Positions 24,759 through 38,079 of a stretch of 64,000 nucleotides of DNA are shown here, piece after piece; the first letter of the stretch is position 1, and each line of letters starts with the position of its first letter. The DNA is from Octopus sinensis. Lineage: Eukaryota. The stretch is from positions 2,542,001 through 2,606,000 of the forward strand of contig NC_043023.1 of assembly GCF_006345805.1 (NCBI RefSeq). The letters run 5' to 3'. The notes below the pieces were generated by a model that worked only from the letters and a program-made list of their open reading frames with translations, made no database searches and was not told the DNA's origin. The position numbers and the translations under genes were made by a program.

Positions 24759-25440
24759 CAAATAGACAGATAGATAGACAAATAGACAGATAGATAGATA
24801 GACAAATAGACAGACAGATAGATAGTTTACTAGATAATTTGATAGATAGGAAGTAGGCTTGTAGGTAGATAAATTGAGAGATATACAGATTGAGAGAGAC
24901 CGACAGACAGACAAATAGATAGACAGATAGATAGATAGGGAGATATATTAACACGCAGACAGACAGGTAGAGAAATAGATTGTAAGCAAGAATTCAGGTA
25001 GGCAGGTAGACATATACATAAATATATTTTCAGAATTGTATTTGTATATCGTGTAACATTCAAGATCACGTTGTACAAAAACTGAAGAAGCGAAGCCATA
25101 AAACCCATTTAAGAGGCATCCTGCCATTTTATAACACATAAACTTGTAAAATTCAATTTAAATTTATTTTGTTTAAGATGTCAAATTCTTCAGCATGTGC
25201 CTGAAGCCTGGTCACGGATAAATTTTCAGTGAAATATTTGCCTTGAAACTGTCTCTGATTGTATTACTGGCGTGTGACAAAAATGATTTGACACCTTTCG
25301 AAATAGAGAATTTAACAGTTTTTGTGTTGTGGCCAATATTTAGAATGTGCCTTCCTTATTGTCATTGCTCTGTCTCTCACTCTCTTACTTACTCTCTCTC
25401 TTTCTCTGGGGTATATACTGACACACATATATATATATAT

Positions 25441-25863
25441 ATCATCATCATCATCATCATCGTTTAACGTCTGCTTTCCATGCTTGCATGGGTTGGACGA
25501 TTTGACTGAGGTCTGGCGAACCAAATGGCTGCATCGGGCTCCAATCTTGATCTGGCAGAGTTTCTACAGTTGGATGCCCTTCCTAATGCCAACCACTCCA
25601 AGAGTGTAGTGGGTGCTTTTATGTGCCACTAGCATGAGGGCCAGTCAGGCGGTACTGGCAATAGCCACAAAAAAAAAATTGTTTTTTTTAATTATTTTAC
25701 GTGTCACCAGCACACCGGCACAAGTGCCAATAAGATGATGCTGGTAACGATCACGCTCAGATGGTGCTTTTTATGTGCCACTGGCACGGAAGCCAGTTAG
25801 CCGTTCTGGCAACGATCACACTCAGATGGTGCTCTTAATGCTCCACTAGCATGGATGCCAGTC
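25441..25863 (-). mobile_element. Retroposon family B
   Basis: Homologous to 1225-1543. Confidence 0.75.
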
Positions 25864-25999
25864 ATACGTATGTCATTATTTGGTTTTATTTCAAGATTTC
25901 TTGCCAATAGAGAAAGAGCCGGTTTCTAACCTAGATCCAAGGCCCCTTCATTGGAATTTCAACAACATCAACATATACTTACATCTATACGTATATATA

Positions 26000-26401
26000 G
26001 GCGCAGGAGTGGCTGTGTGGTAAGTAGCTTGCTTACCAACCACATGGTTCCGGGTTCAGTCCTACTGCGTGGCACCTTGGGCAAGTGTCTTCTACTATAG
26101 CCTCGGGCTGACCAAAGCCTTGTGAGTGGATTTGGTAGACGGAAACTGAAAGAAACCCGTCGTATATATGTGTGTGTATATATATGTGTGCATGTATGCT
26201 TGTGTGTGTGTTTGTCCCCCTAGCATTGCTTGACAACCGATGCTGGTGTGTTTATGTCCCCGTCACCTAGCGGTTCGGCAAAAGAGACCGATAGAATAAG
26301 TACTGGGCTTACAAAGAATAAGTCCCAGGGTCGAGTTGCTCAACTAAAGGCGGTGCTCCAGCATGGCCACAGTCAATGGACTGAAACAAGTAAAAGAGTA
26401 A

Positions 26402-26402
<1 letters not shown>
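26000..26402 (+). mobile_element. SINE family A, full length
   Basis: Head plus tail. Confidence 0.85.
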
Positions 26403-26438
<36 letters not shown>

Positions 26439-26863
26439 CATATAACAAGGATTGATACCTACCTCATTGTGTTCAACCATTGTAAAATTTATCGCCTGTG
26501 AATATGAAATTCATCTCCATTTCTCTGGAAATTACATTACACCATTGGAATCTGTGTGCATATATACAAAGGATTAATTCACCCTTCTGTAATGCTAATA
26601 AGCAGGAATTGAGACCCACCTCGTTGTAATTGGCAATGGATAAATTTGTCTTCTGTGAGTATATAATCCCTCATCATATCTATGGAAATTCATATGGATT
26701 AGGTCACCTTCTCGGTGATGCTATCAAAACTTTTTAAAATTCTGTGATAAGACTGTACATCATCTTAAAGAACTTTAATGAACTTTAGAAATCTGTTTAA
26801 TTATCTACATTACTTCATGAGTATAGCCTCAAACACTAGGATGTCTGGAGAACTTACATGTAT

Positions 26864-26952
26864 TTTAGCTGATGAGTACGGGACTCGTTTATATGCTGTA
26901 ATCTTTGCAACTTTTAATAAAACCTGTCCTTGTATGAAACGATCGTACTAAA
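26864..26952 (+). ncRNA. Type I hammerhead ribozyme with long stem II
   Basis: TTTAG-CTGATGA-GTACGGGAC...GTCCTTGTAT-GAAAC-GATC-GTA-CTAAA; 5-bp stem I, palindromic ACGATCGT. Confidence 0.85.
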
Positions 26953-27589
26953 TAATATCCATTCTTGTTGCTTCTTCTCGCTTATAATCACCCCACATTA
27001 CTGTATTGTTAAATCAGTATAGTTTTTTTGGTGCATCTAAGTTAGGTACCATATTCAAGTAAATTTTTTTAAAATTAACTTGAATCTTTATTGCTCTTTG
27101 TATAATATATATATATATATGTCTGTGCAGATGTGGGCACAGGACGTCACAAAACATGTACAGCAAAAAATACGAAGTACGAGGTACGTGGAATAGGAAC
27201 TTTTCTTTCAAACAACATAAAGCCCGAATGGAAAACAAGAGAAACAACATAAGGAACGACCCTCCAAAAGTTGTTGGCTGTTCTGCTACTATCGTATTTC
27301 GAGCATTTCTCAACAAGATACGCTTTTGTTAAAACAGCTGCTCCTGCAAAGCAAATTAAATAAAATTTGGGATTTTGCGGAGGGCCAAAATAGGTAATGA
27401 AAACCAAACAGTGAAAACAAACAGGAAGGGCTGCTAAGCCTAAACAAGGTTATGGTGGCAGACACATAAATCAGGCTTGGACAGATGATGTTTATATGTA
27501 CATGTGTGCATGTGTGTGTAATCACATGTGAATTATTGGCGATTTTTTTCCTGTATCTTCCTATTCACTTGGACTTTCCTCTGTCTCCT

Positions 27590-27625
27590 GTTTCTGATGA
27601 AGAGTTTTTGCTCAAAATGTAAAGC
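27590..27625 (+). ncRNA. Degenerate minimal hammerhead, paralog of 2266
   Basis: CTGATGA-A-GAG...GCTC-AAAATGTA; flanks match the 2220-2390 family. Confidence 0.35.
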
Positions 27626-27741
27626 CATCTTTCTTTCCTTCCCTAACTGTCTTAGTACTTTGCGTGTACCATGTCCTCGCATTGTTCTTTCTTGTGTTTG
27701 TTCTTTGTTTTTTCTGGATTTACTATATATAAATACAGATA

Positions 27742-28307
27742 TTGGGTTGTCTGGAAAGTTTGTGCCAATCTTTAAAGGAAAGAAAAAGGTCAATAAATAC
27801 TTGCCATTACATTTTTAATCAACCAAATATGAACCATTTTGTTGCACAATGCGTCTCCATCTTTCCTTTAACTTGAAAATACCCTCTTCCCAGAATTGAG
27901 GTGGTTTCATGGCAAAGAATTCATCAAGGTAGCTTTTTACGTCATCCAAGGAATTGAAATTTTTACCATTAAGACTATTCTGCAGAGACCTGAATAAGTG
28001 GAAATCCGAAGGAGCAATATCTGGTGAATATGGAGGGTGGGGTAACTCATCCCAGCCGAGCTGCAGCAATTTTTGTCTGGTTCCCAAAGCATCAAGTGCC
28101 GAAAATGAAGTTTCTTATCTTCCATTTTAAAGGGTTACAGAATTAACACAGGTTATAGGAACACAAATCTTCTTCCATGAAAAGACAGCTTAAACTGTGC
28201 TCTAAATGGAGGTGTCATCAAATCCTATTTTATGGACTCAACCATCTTCTAAAATAAGTCAAAAGGTAAGCTACTATAAATCGGCACAAACTTTCCGAAC
28301 AGCCCAA
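27742..28307 (-). mobile_element. Internally deleted mariner (Tc1/mariner) element
   Basis: ~28-bp TIRs TTGGGTTGTCTGGAAAGTTTGTGCC / GGCACAAACTTTCCGAACAGCCCAA with TA on both sides; ORF 27815-28087 has [18 protein letters not shown] (mariner YSPDLAPxD motif). Confidence 0.92.
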
Positions 28308-28457
28308 TATATATATATATCATCATCATCATCATCATCATTTAGCGTCCGTTTTCCATGCTAGCATGGGTTGGACGGTTCTACTGGGGTCTGTGAAGCC
28401 AGAAGGCTTCATCAGGCCCAGTCAAATCTGGCAGTGTTTCTACGGCTGGATGCCCTT

Positions 28458-28529
<72 letters not shown>

Positions 28530-28749
28530 GTATGTATGTATATTTGTATGTAAGCATGTATGTATGTATGTATACATGGTTATTAATAAGAAAGTTGAAC
28601 TTCCGCAGTTGTGGTGAGTCCTTTTGTATCTTCTTTTACAAGTCTTAATTGGACAAACAAAATTTTCTAAGAAGAGAAGAGCAACAACAACAACATCTAC
28701 AATGATGATAAATAAAAACAACAAAAATGACAGCCTACTAGAGAACCTT

Positions 28750-29200
28750 CAAACACCACCACCACCACCAACTCCATCATCACCACTATAAGCACTACTA
28801 CCACCACTGCCACCACCACCACCACCACCACCACAACCACCACCACCACTACCACCATCATCTCCACCACCCACTACCATCACCACCACCACCACAATGA
28901 TAAAGATGACAACGTCCCCTCCACCACCACCGCCATAACCATCACCTTTACAAATTGACACCACCATCACCACAGCCACCACCACCACAGCCACCTCCAC
29001 CACTACTGCCAGCATCATGATCGCCACAACCACTGCCCCTGCAACAACCACCATCAACTTGACAATAACTACCAACACAACCACCACCCACACAGCCACT
29101 ACCCACACTACCATCATCGCTACAGCTACCACAAAACACCACCTCTACAACCACGACCAACACCACCTAAAGTATCACCCCACTGGCACCAACACCACCC
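28750..29200. repeat. (CAC)n/(CCA)n low-complexity tract
   Basis: Direct reading. Confidence 0.9.
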
Positions 29201-29867
29201 AATGTCTTCCGATGCCGCAAAAAGAAACCAGAACCAAAAAATTCCAAAATCTGAAGAAATGTTTTCATTCCCACTTAGATTTCCACTTCAATTATAAATA
29301 TTTTTTTATTATATATTATTTTTTTATTGTATTTTTATACCATTTTATATATATATTTTTGTAAGATTTTTTCCCAATTTTTTTTAAAAAACTTTTTGTC
29401 CGTTCTCAATTCCACATGAAATAAATATCATATGCTCCATATCGCATATATGATATCAAGGAAACATAGGAGATATCATATAAATGTTTATCAGTTGATA
29501 AAGAAAAGAAGTAATCCCACAAATGTTTTAAAGTGTAAATAATACAGGAACCCATGTATGCCTAGTGTTGGGTTGCAACAATGACTAAATATGATACATA
29601 TGTACATACACACACATTCATAAATATATACATAAATGTATACACACACATGTATGCACACATTGTTATCAATAGATTTCAGATTATTTTCATGAGGTTT
29701 CTGCAAGTATTATTTATAAAATAGCTTATAGTGTCCTTTGATAATAATAATATTCATAATAATAATAATAATAATAAGCAGGCTGTCAATATATGGGTGT
29801 TTATTTTAGAAAATCTGTGTCCATGCATAACTTAGAATGATGTTGCATGTTTGTGCATACGTATGTA

Positions 29868-29869
<2 letters not shown>

Positions 29870-29937
<68 letters not shown>

Positions 29938-29953
29938 TGTGTGTGTGTGTGTG

Positions 29954-29997
<44 letters not shown>

Positions 29998-30242
29998 TGT
30001 GTGTGTGTGTATATATATATGTGTGTGTGTGTGTATATATATATGTGTGTGTGTGTATATATGTATGTGTGTGTGTGTGTGTATATATATGTGTGTGTGT
30101 ATATATATATGTGTGTGTGTGTATATATGTATGTGTGTGTGTGTGTGTGTATATATATGGTGTGTGTGTGTGTATATATGTGTGTGTGTGTATATATATA
30201 TATGTGTGTGTGTGTATATATGTATGTGTGTGTGTGTGTGTG

Positions 30243-30285
<43 letters not shown>

Positions 30286-30345
30286 GTGTGTGTGTGTATA
30301 TATATATGTGTGTGTGTGTATATATGTATGTTTATATATATACAC
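29870..30345. repeat. Alternating (TA)n(TG)n microsatellite block
   Basis: Direct reading. Confidence 0.95.
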
Positions 30346-31128
30346 ACACAAGAGTAAACAAGAGAGGCAGAGACAGGCTGAAACAAGGAAAATGCCCCTT
30401 GTATTTGAATACTATGTAAATATTCTCTTAAAAAAATTTTTCTTTAAATTTTTCCTAAATTTAATCGTTTTTCCTTACATACATCTCAATGACTGAAACC
30501 GGTTCTGAAATGTTTTTTATAAAATTATTTCAGCATTTTCTACCTTGACTTCTTTTTCCATATATATCAACTCATTTGTTCCTTTTCAACCTTCTACACA
30601 TATATGTATAACGGGAAGGTTTACGAAAATAAACAAAAGACGAAGGCAGGTGGAGTACAAACAAACAGATGTATTAGTATGGCGCTTACTCAAAGGAATT
30701 CCAATACTCTGTCTGTTTTTTACGTTTAATTTATATTCCTATAATATAGAATATATAGTAAGAAAGAAATGAAATGAAGTATTGATTGTCTTATTGAACA
30801 GATGAAATATTGAAAATTAAATATTAAATGTCTTCTCATTGAACTAGTATACTTTCTTTCATTTAAGCATTCATCAGGTTCAGATTGTGACAGGAACACT
30901 TCGATATATATATATATATATATGCACATTCATGTGCACTACTGCAAAAACTATGGCATTAGGAACAAAGAACAACAAATTTCTGTGCTTCCTGACTACA
31001 TGGTTCTGGGTTCAGTTCCACAGTGTGGTACCTGGGACAAATGTCTTTTACTATAATCCTTGGTCTGACCAAAACGTTCTGAGTGGCTTTTGATAGACAG
31101 AAACTGAAAGAAGCCTGTTGTATATATT

Positions 31129-31160
<32 letters not shown>

Positions 31161-31294
31161 GAGGGCATTATTATACATACATGCCACAAGCTAAGAGGGA
31201 CAAAATTAGTCATTTCTACCAAAAATTTTACTAATCCCACCGAATGCAATTTTTCAAAGTAAGACATTTAAAAATATGGACTCATATATATATA

Positions 31295-31695
31295 TACTTT
31301 TATTCTTTTATTTGTTTCAGTCATTTGACTTCAACCATGCTGGAGCACCACCTTTAGTCAAACAAATCGACCCTAGGACTTATTCTTTGTAAGCCTGGTA
31401 CTTATTCTATCACTCTTTTTTGCCGAACTGCTATATTACAGAGATGTAAACACACCAACATTGGTTGTCAAGCGATGCTGCAGGGACAAACACAGACACA
31501 CACACACACGCTTACATTCACATGCACATATATATATATATACGATGGGCTTCTTTCAGTTTCCGTCTACCAAATCCACTCAAAGTCTTTGGTCAGCTTG
31601 TGGCTATAGCAGAAGACACTTGCCCAAGGTGCCACGCAAATGGACTGAACCCAGAACCATGTTGTTGGTTAGCAAGCTACTTACCACACAGCCAC
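31295..31695 (-). mobile_element. SINE family A
   Basis: Reverse-orientation head plus tail. Confidence 0.8.
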
Positions 31696-31696
31696 T

Positions 31697-31728
<32 letters not shown>

Positions 31729-31770
31729 CTTCTTTTATTCTTTTATATATATGTATATATATATATATAT

Positions 31771-31945
31771 ATGGTTGCGGATCCGTGGAATAAGCTGGCG
31801 GACGAAATAGTGAAGATGCCAACGACCGCTCGGTTCAAAGTCTCTCTTGACTAGAAATGGCCTGAACTCTTTGTATGAACACCCTCCCTGTACATAACTC
31901 CATGTCCCCCTACATGGCCTTGCTTTTGCATTTTGAACCAAATAA
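31771..31945 (+). mobile_element. CR1-type LINE 3' end
   Basis: VADPWNKLADEIVKMPTTARFKVSLD, the CR1 C-terminal motif, followed by AATAAA. Confidence 0.65.
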
Positions 31946-32115
31946 AAATTAAAATCAAAATTGAAATTAAATTATGTATATGTATAGTAATACAGATGTA
32001 AAAAGGTTGAACATAAATTCGTCCTTTAATTTGGAGATTTCCAAAAAAGATATCTAATGTTGATCCTTCATATTTTGTTGGTAGTTTACAGCCATAAATT
32101 TATCAATATGAAAAT

Positions 32116-32281
32116 AGGAGTGTCTGTGTGGTAAGTAGCTTGTTTACCAACCACTTGGTTCCAGGCTCAGTCCCACTGCATGGCACCTTGGGTAAGTGTC
32201 TTCTACTATAGCCTCGGGCCAACCAAAGCCTTGTGAATGGATTTCATAGACAGAAACTGAAAGAAGCTCTTCATATATATG

Positions 32282-32320
<39 letters not shown>

Positions 32321-32522
32321 TGTTACCCTAGCATTGCTTGACAACCGATGCTGGTGTGTTTATGTCCCCGTTAATTAGTGGTTCGGCAAAAGAGACCGAT
32401 AGAATAAGTACTGGGCTTACAAAAGAATAAGTCCCAGGGCCGTGTTGCTTGATTAAAGGCGGTGCTCCAGCATGGCCTCAGTCAAATGACTGAAACGAGT
32501 AAAAGAGTAAAAGAGTAAAGAG
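32116..32522 (+). mobile_element. SINE family A flanked by ~137-bp direct repeats
   Basis: 31979-32115 is homologous to 32523-32659. Confidence 0.85.
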
Positions 32523-32760
32523 TATGTATAGTAATACAGGTGTAAAAAGGTTGGACGTAAATTCTTCCTTTAATTTGGAGATTTCCAAAAAAGATATCTA
32601 ATGTTGGTCCTTCATATTTCGTTGGTAGTTTACAGCCATAAATTTATGAATGTGAAAATTATACTTGTATTTAATGTGTGGTGAAGTCCTATAAAACCCA
32701 CCAGTTCAGTTGTAAATGGAGCTGACAAGTTGTTAAAATATATAAGAGAATTTTTATTCT

Positions 32761-32870
32761 TGCAGACGATCGTTTCTTAGAAAGATATAAAAATAATGCA
32801 AATTCACGATTGAATTGAATTAGATTAAATTAATTAATTAATTATATATATCAATGTACTCTTCAGTGCA
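32761..32870 (-). ncRNA. Hammerhead, left arm of palindrome
   Basis: TGCA-CTGAAGA-GTAC...(~85 nt)-GAAAC-GATC-GTC-TGCA; base of stem II damaged. Confidence 0.65.
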
Positions 32871-32915
32871 GGAAGAATAAATAACATTTACAATTTACAA
32901 TTTGTTTATATTTCC

Positions 32916-33036
32916 TGAACTGAAGAGTACATTGATATATGTATAATTAATTAATTTATTTAATTAATTTAATCTAATTCAGTTCAAACATGAATTTTCA
33001 TGATTTTTATATCTCTGTACAAAACAATTGTCTGCA
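32916..33036 (+). ncRNA. Hammerhead, right arm of palindrome (G12>A)
   Basis: TGAA-CTGAAGA-GTAC...GTAC-AAAAC-AATT-GTC-TGCA. Confidence 0.5.
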
Positions 33037-33291
33037 TGAATTAAAATCCTCTTGTGTATTGTGGGTTGTCTGGAAAGTTTGTGCCGATTTTTAAAACAAA
33101 GAAAAAGGTCAATAAATACTTGCCATTACATTTTTAATCAACCAAATATGAACCATTTTGTTGCACAATGCATCTCCATCTTTCCTTTAACTTGAAAATA
33201 CCCTCTTCCCAGAATTGAGGTGGTTTCATGGCAAAGAATTCATCAAGGTATCTTTTTACGTTATCCAAGGAATTGAAATTTTTACCATTAA

Positions 33292-34368
33292 CCCTTTCGT
33301 TACCAAACCGCCCAAAGCCGCCCGAAAAAAATTTTGGTTTATGAAACCAAACCGCCCAAAGCCGCCCGAATTTACCTATTCATATTTAAATGAGAATATC
33401 AGAGCAAATCTCTTCAGTACATTCGTGAAAACACGTATTATACTTCGTAAACAGTTCAACTACAGTTTTGTACAATAATCGAAGTGTAATTTTAATTCCG
33501 TGAATTTTGGGAGATTTTTTTCCGAAATTTGTTTCTATTGTGTTTTCAAAATTTGTAATTCTGACAAAAAATGGATACAAATTCATTATATCAAGCAGCG
33601 AGTCAGAATTCGAAGGATTTTCTACTGAAGACCTTCATAAATCTAACTCTATGATTGAAAAAAAAAAGCACATGGTATTTGATAATGAATTGATGTTTCA
33701 TTTCCGAAAGTGAAAACAGTGAATCTGAGATCTCCGATAGCGATAAAGAAACGAATTGGCACCTGAATGGAGTGAAAATTTAAAAACTGTTTCTTTCGGT
33801 GATTTTTCTGCAGAAACTGGACCAAGCCACAGACTTTCCCAGAAGAGTAAAGCCTTAGACTATTTTTTTACTTTTTCGAATGAGCCTATTTGAAATCATT
33901 ACAGCGAAAACGAACCGTTACGCTAAACGTAACAAACGAAAGAAAGAAAGGATAGTTTGTTATTTCCCACAACCTTAAATGAAATTAAGGCCTATTTTGC
34001 CATAAATATTATTATGGGTATCAGAAAGTTACCCAGAATAACAAATTCTATCGTAAAATTTTGTTGTATACCAATTGAATATTAGCTAATATTTTCTATA
34101 GCGATGTTTGAACAAAATTTTAATAATTTTATATTTTGTGGAATTTACCTGTATCTACCTGCAAATAGAGTCACTTTGTGACAAAAATTATAGTATAGAA
34201 TTGGTTGAGAATATTTCATTAAATTATCTTCCAAAAATCAGATTAATATATCGATAAATAAAAAAGTTATAGTTGTTTAATGAAACCAGACTAAATTTAT
34301 GATTACGTTAGAAATTAATTGAAACACATAAGGGGTGTATTTTGGTCAGAAATATAGTAACAAAAGGG
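33292..34368 (+). mobile_element. Non-autonomous piggyBac derivative
   Basis: TTAA at 33288-91 and 34369-72 (single TTAA at the empty site in the other mariner copy); ends CCCTTTCGTTAC / GTAACAAAAGGG; 25-bp subterminal direct repeat at 33302 and 33346. Confidence 0.92.
33570..34050 (+). pseudogene. piggyBac (PGBD4-like) transposase N-terminal remnant
   Basis: Frameshifted SESEFEGFS...ETGPSHRL..KALDYF...EII..KTNRYA...TTLNEIKAYFAINIIMGIRKLP. Confidence 0.75.
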
Positions 34369-35784
34369 TTAAGACTATTCTGCAGAGACCTGAATAAGTG
34401 GAAATCCAAAGGAGCAATATCTGGTGAATATGGAGGGTGGGGTAACACATCCCAGCCGAGCTGCAGTAATTTTTGTCTGGTTCCCAAAGCATCAAGTACC
34501 GAAAATGAACTTTCTTATCTTCCATTTTAAAGGGTTACAGAATTAACACAGGTTATAGGAACATAAACCTTCTTCCACGAAAAGATAGCTTAAACTGTGC
34601 TCTAAATGGAGGTGTAGTCGAATCCTATTTTATAGACTCAACCATGTTCTAAAATAAGTCAAAAGGTAAGCTGCTATAAATTGGCACGAACTTTCCAGAC
34701 AACCCAATATTATAACAACTTGTCTTCACTATTTTTAACTAAATTGATGAATTTTATGGGATCTCTTTCCATAAATTCACCATGCCAGTACCGCCTGACT
34801 GACCCCCGTGCCAGTGACATGTAAAAGCACCCACTACACACTCAGAGTGGTTGGTGTTAGGAAGGGCATCCAGCTGTAGAAACTCTGCCAGATCAAGACT
34901 GGAGCCTGGTGCAGCCATCTGGTTCGCCAGTCTTCAGTCAAATCGTCCAACCCATGCTAGCATGGAAAGCGGATGTTAAACGATATGTGTGTGTGTATGT
35001 TGTGTGTGTCTGTGTTTGTCACTCCATCACAGCTTGACAACCGGTGTCGGTGTGTTTGCATCCCCATAGCTTCGCAGTTTGGTCAAATATGTTGATAGAA
35101 TAAGCAGCAGAATGAATAAATAAGTACTGGGGTTGATTCAGTTGAGTAAAATTTCTTCAAGGCAGTGCCCCAGCATGGCCGCAGTCTTATGACTGAAACA
35201 AGTGAAAGGTAACAGATAATATATGTATATAGGTGCAGACATGTCTATGTGGTAAGAAATTCGCTTTCCAACCACATGGTTCTGGGTTCAGTCCCACTGC
35301 GTGGCAACTTAAGCAAGTGTCTTCTACTATAGCCTCAGGCCGACCAAAATATTACAAGCGGATTTGGTAGATGGAAACTGAAAGAAGCCCGTCGTATATG
35401 CATGTAATTTCTACTCTTCTCCTCTGGAAGCCATCTGCTCCCAATACCAGATGTAATCTCCAAGGATACAGGCATCCAGCAACAGGACCTCTCTAATGCT
35501 ATGATGGACTGTGAAGTCTAGCACAGTAAATTCCATTGTCTCAACCACGGTCGAACAATGATGATGATGCATGTATTTTGTGTGTCCGTGTTTGTTCCCC
35601 TGTTATCACTTGATAACCGATGTTGGTGTGTTTACGTCCCCGTAACTTAACAGTTTGGCAACAGAAACTGATAGAATAAGTACGAGACTTTCAAAGAATA
35701 AGTCCTGCATGGCCACAGTCAAATGACTAAAGCAAGTAAAAGAAAATATATATGTGTGTGTGTGTGTGTATGTATGTATATATA

Positions 35785-36198
35785 TACTCTTTTACTCTTT
35801 TACTTGTTTCAGTCATTTGACTGCGGCCATGCTGGAGCACCACCTTTTAGTCGAGCAAATCAACCCTGGGACTTATTCTTTGTAAGCCCAATACTTATTC
35901 TATCGGTCTCTGTTTGCCGAACCTCAAAGTGACGGGGACGTAAACACACCAGCATCAGTTGTCAAACGATGTTGGGGGGGGGGACAAACACACACACACA
36001 CACACACAACACACACACACATATATACATATATACGACGGGCTTCTTTCAGTTTCTGTCTACCAAATCCACTCACAAGGCATTGGTCAGCCCGAGGCTA
36101 TAGCAGAAAACACTTGCCCAAGATGCCACGCAGTGTTACTGAACCCGGAACCATGTGGTTGGTTAGCAAGCTACTTACCACACAGCCACTCCTGCGCC
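35785..36198 (-). mobile_element. SINE family A, full length
   Basis: Reverse head plus tail. Confidence 0.85.
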
Positions 36199-36629
36199 TA
36201 TATATATAAATATATATATATCTAATTCAGCACACTATATATATTTATATATATATATGTATAGATTATATGCGTATGTATGAAAGCGTATCTATATGTG
36301 TGTATGTGTCTGTGTGTGACAGTGTGTATATGTTATATATATTATCTATGTTATCTGGTCGACAAGATGTATGTGTGTTGGTCAATCTTGACTCATCCTT
36401 ACCAATTCTTTAAAGAATGCTGTTCTACAGTGAACTATGACCCTGCTGCCAAATTTGACCTTTCTCAGCAAGAAGGGAACATAACCAGGCTGAATAGAGC
36501 CATCACATGTTCTGTCTGTAACTATGGTAACAGTAATAGGAGAAGGGAGGGTAGAAGGTAGAAGAAAGTGAAAGTAGAATGGTCAAACATTTCTCTTTTG
36601 TGCAGAGATTGGTTAAAGTTCAATTATCC

Positions 36630-37019
36630 CAATATCTGTTCAATATATATAAATGTATATATGTATATATATATATAATATATATATATTATATATATAT
36701 TATATATGTATAATGTAATATGTAATGTGTACGTATAAGTATATGAATATAGTGTGTGTGTATATGTGAATGTGTATGTATATATATGTGTGTGTGTATA
36801 TGTATATATTTATATGAATATGTATGTATATGCTTATCTATATTGATATATGTACAGACACACTCAGGCACACACACACATTTATAGGTATAGATAGATA
36901 GATACATACATACATACATACGTACGTACATACGTATGTACGTACGTAGGTAGATAGATAGAGATAGATGGATAGATAGATATGTAACTATATGTATACA
37001 TTCCTATGTACATTAGTAC

Positions 37020-37081
<62 letters not shown>

Positions 37082-37221
37082 ATAGTTATATACCTTGGTA
37101 GTGTGAGTTCATATACATACACACACATAGGTATATATACACATACTTAGATACATAATCTATATTATATATTAATATTATAAGATAGAGTCATAATATT
37201 ATTATATACAATATCCATCAC

Positions 37222-37253
<32 letters not shown>

Positions 37254-37576
37254 TATATAGATATATATATATACATACATACATATATGTATACAGATAT
37301 ATATATATTATTTATATAATAAGTATAAATATATGTGTTGTGACATACACACATACATACATACATACATATATTAATATATATATATATAATATAAGTA
37401 TAAATATATGTGTGTGTGTATACTCATATATATATATATATATACACAATATTTTTCCATCACCTACATAAGGTGTGTGTATATATATACACTCACACAC
37501 ACACACGCATATACACACATACATAGTTATGTAGATATACATATATAGATAAGTATATATATGTGTGTGTGTATAC

Positions 37577-37617
<41 letters not shown>

Positions 37618-37665
37618 ACACATATATATATACACATACACATATATATGTATATAAATAGTACA
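36630..37665. repeat. Mixed (TA)n/(CA)n/(TACA)n block
   Basis: Low complexity. Confidence 0.9.
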
Positions 37666-38079
37666 CCTTGTTGAAGTAGGAACAGGAATCCCCGTTGGCA
37701 GGTCAGAAGTATGACATCATCCTTACTTAAAGTACAATAATTTCATCAATCAGGTTTTACACAATACCTTTGGTGTAGTGGTTAGCACAGCTGTGCAGAT
37801 CCTAGCAGATGCAGGGTTCAAATTGTGTATGTGGCGTCAACTTGTTTATGTTTATTTATATATATCGGCACAGGTGTGATTGTGTGGGGAGAATCCTGCT
37901 TTCTGACCACCTGGTTCCAGGTTCAGTCCCACTGTGTGGCACCTTAGGCAAGTGTCTTCTATTATAGCTCCGGGCTGACCAAAACAATGTTAGTGGATTT
38001 GGTAGATGGAAACTGAAAGAAGCCCATCATATATATGTGTGTGTGTGTGTGTGTGTGTCTCACAGTTGGTGTTGGTGTA

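Larger units (their letters stand above)
33059..34707 (-). mobile_element. Second mariner copy, interrupted by piggyBac
   Basis: 33059-33291 plus 34369-34707 reconstruct a copy of 27742-28307; TA at 33057-58 and 34708-09. Confidence 0.9.

Noticed and set aside
25035-25140. Short open frames on both strands (NCICISCNIQDHVVQK... and MAGCLLNGFYGF...)
   Set aside because: No recognisable homology and no convincing acceptor/donor pair
27285-27320. Minus-strand TTGTTGA-GAAATGCTC-GAAATACGATA
   Set aside because: Core and stem I do not fit consensus
30820-30885. Minus-strand CTGATGA with an ATGCTT/AAGTAT stem
   Set aside because: GAAA missing after stem II; too decayed to call a hammerhead
37765-37830. 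tRNA-like GGTGTAGTGGTTAG...GGGTTCAAAT
   Set aside because: A and B boxes present but no consistent cloverleaf; at most a decayed SINE head. tRNA-like heads of the other SINEs are likewise not tRNA genes
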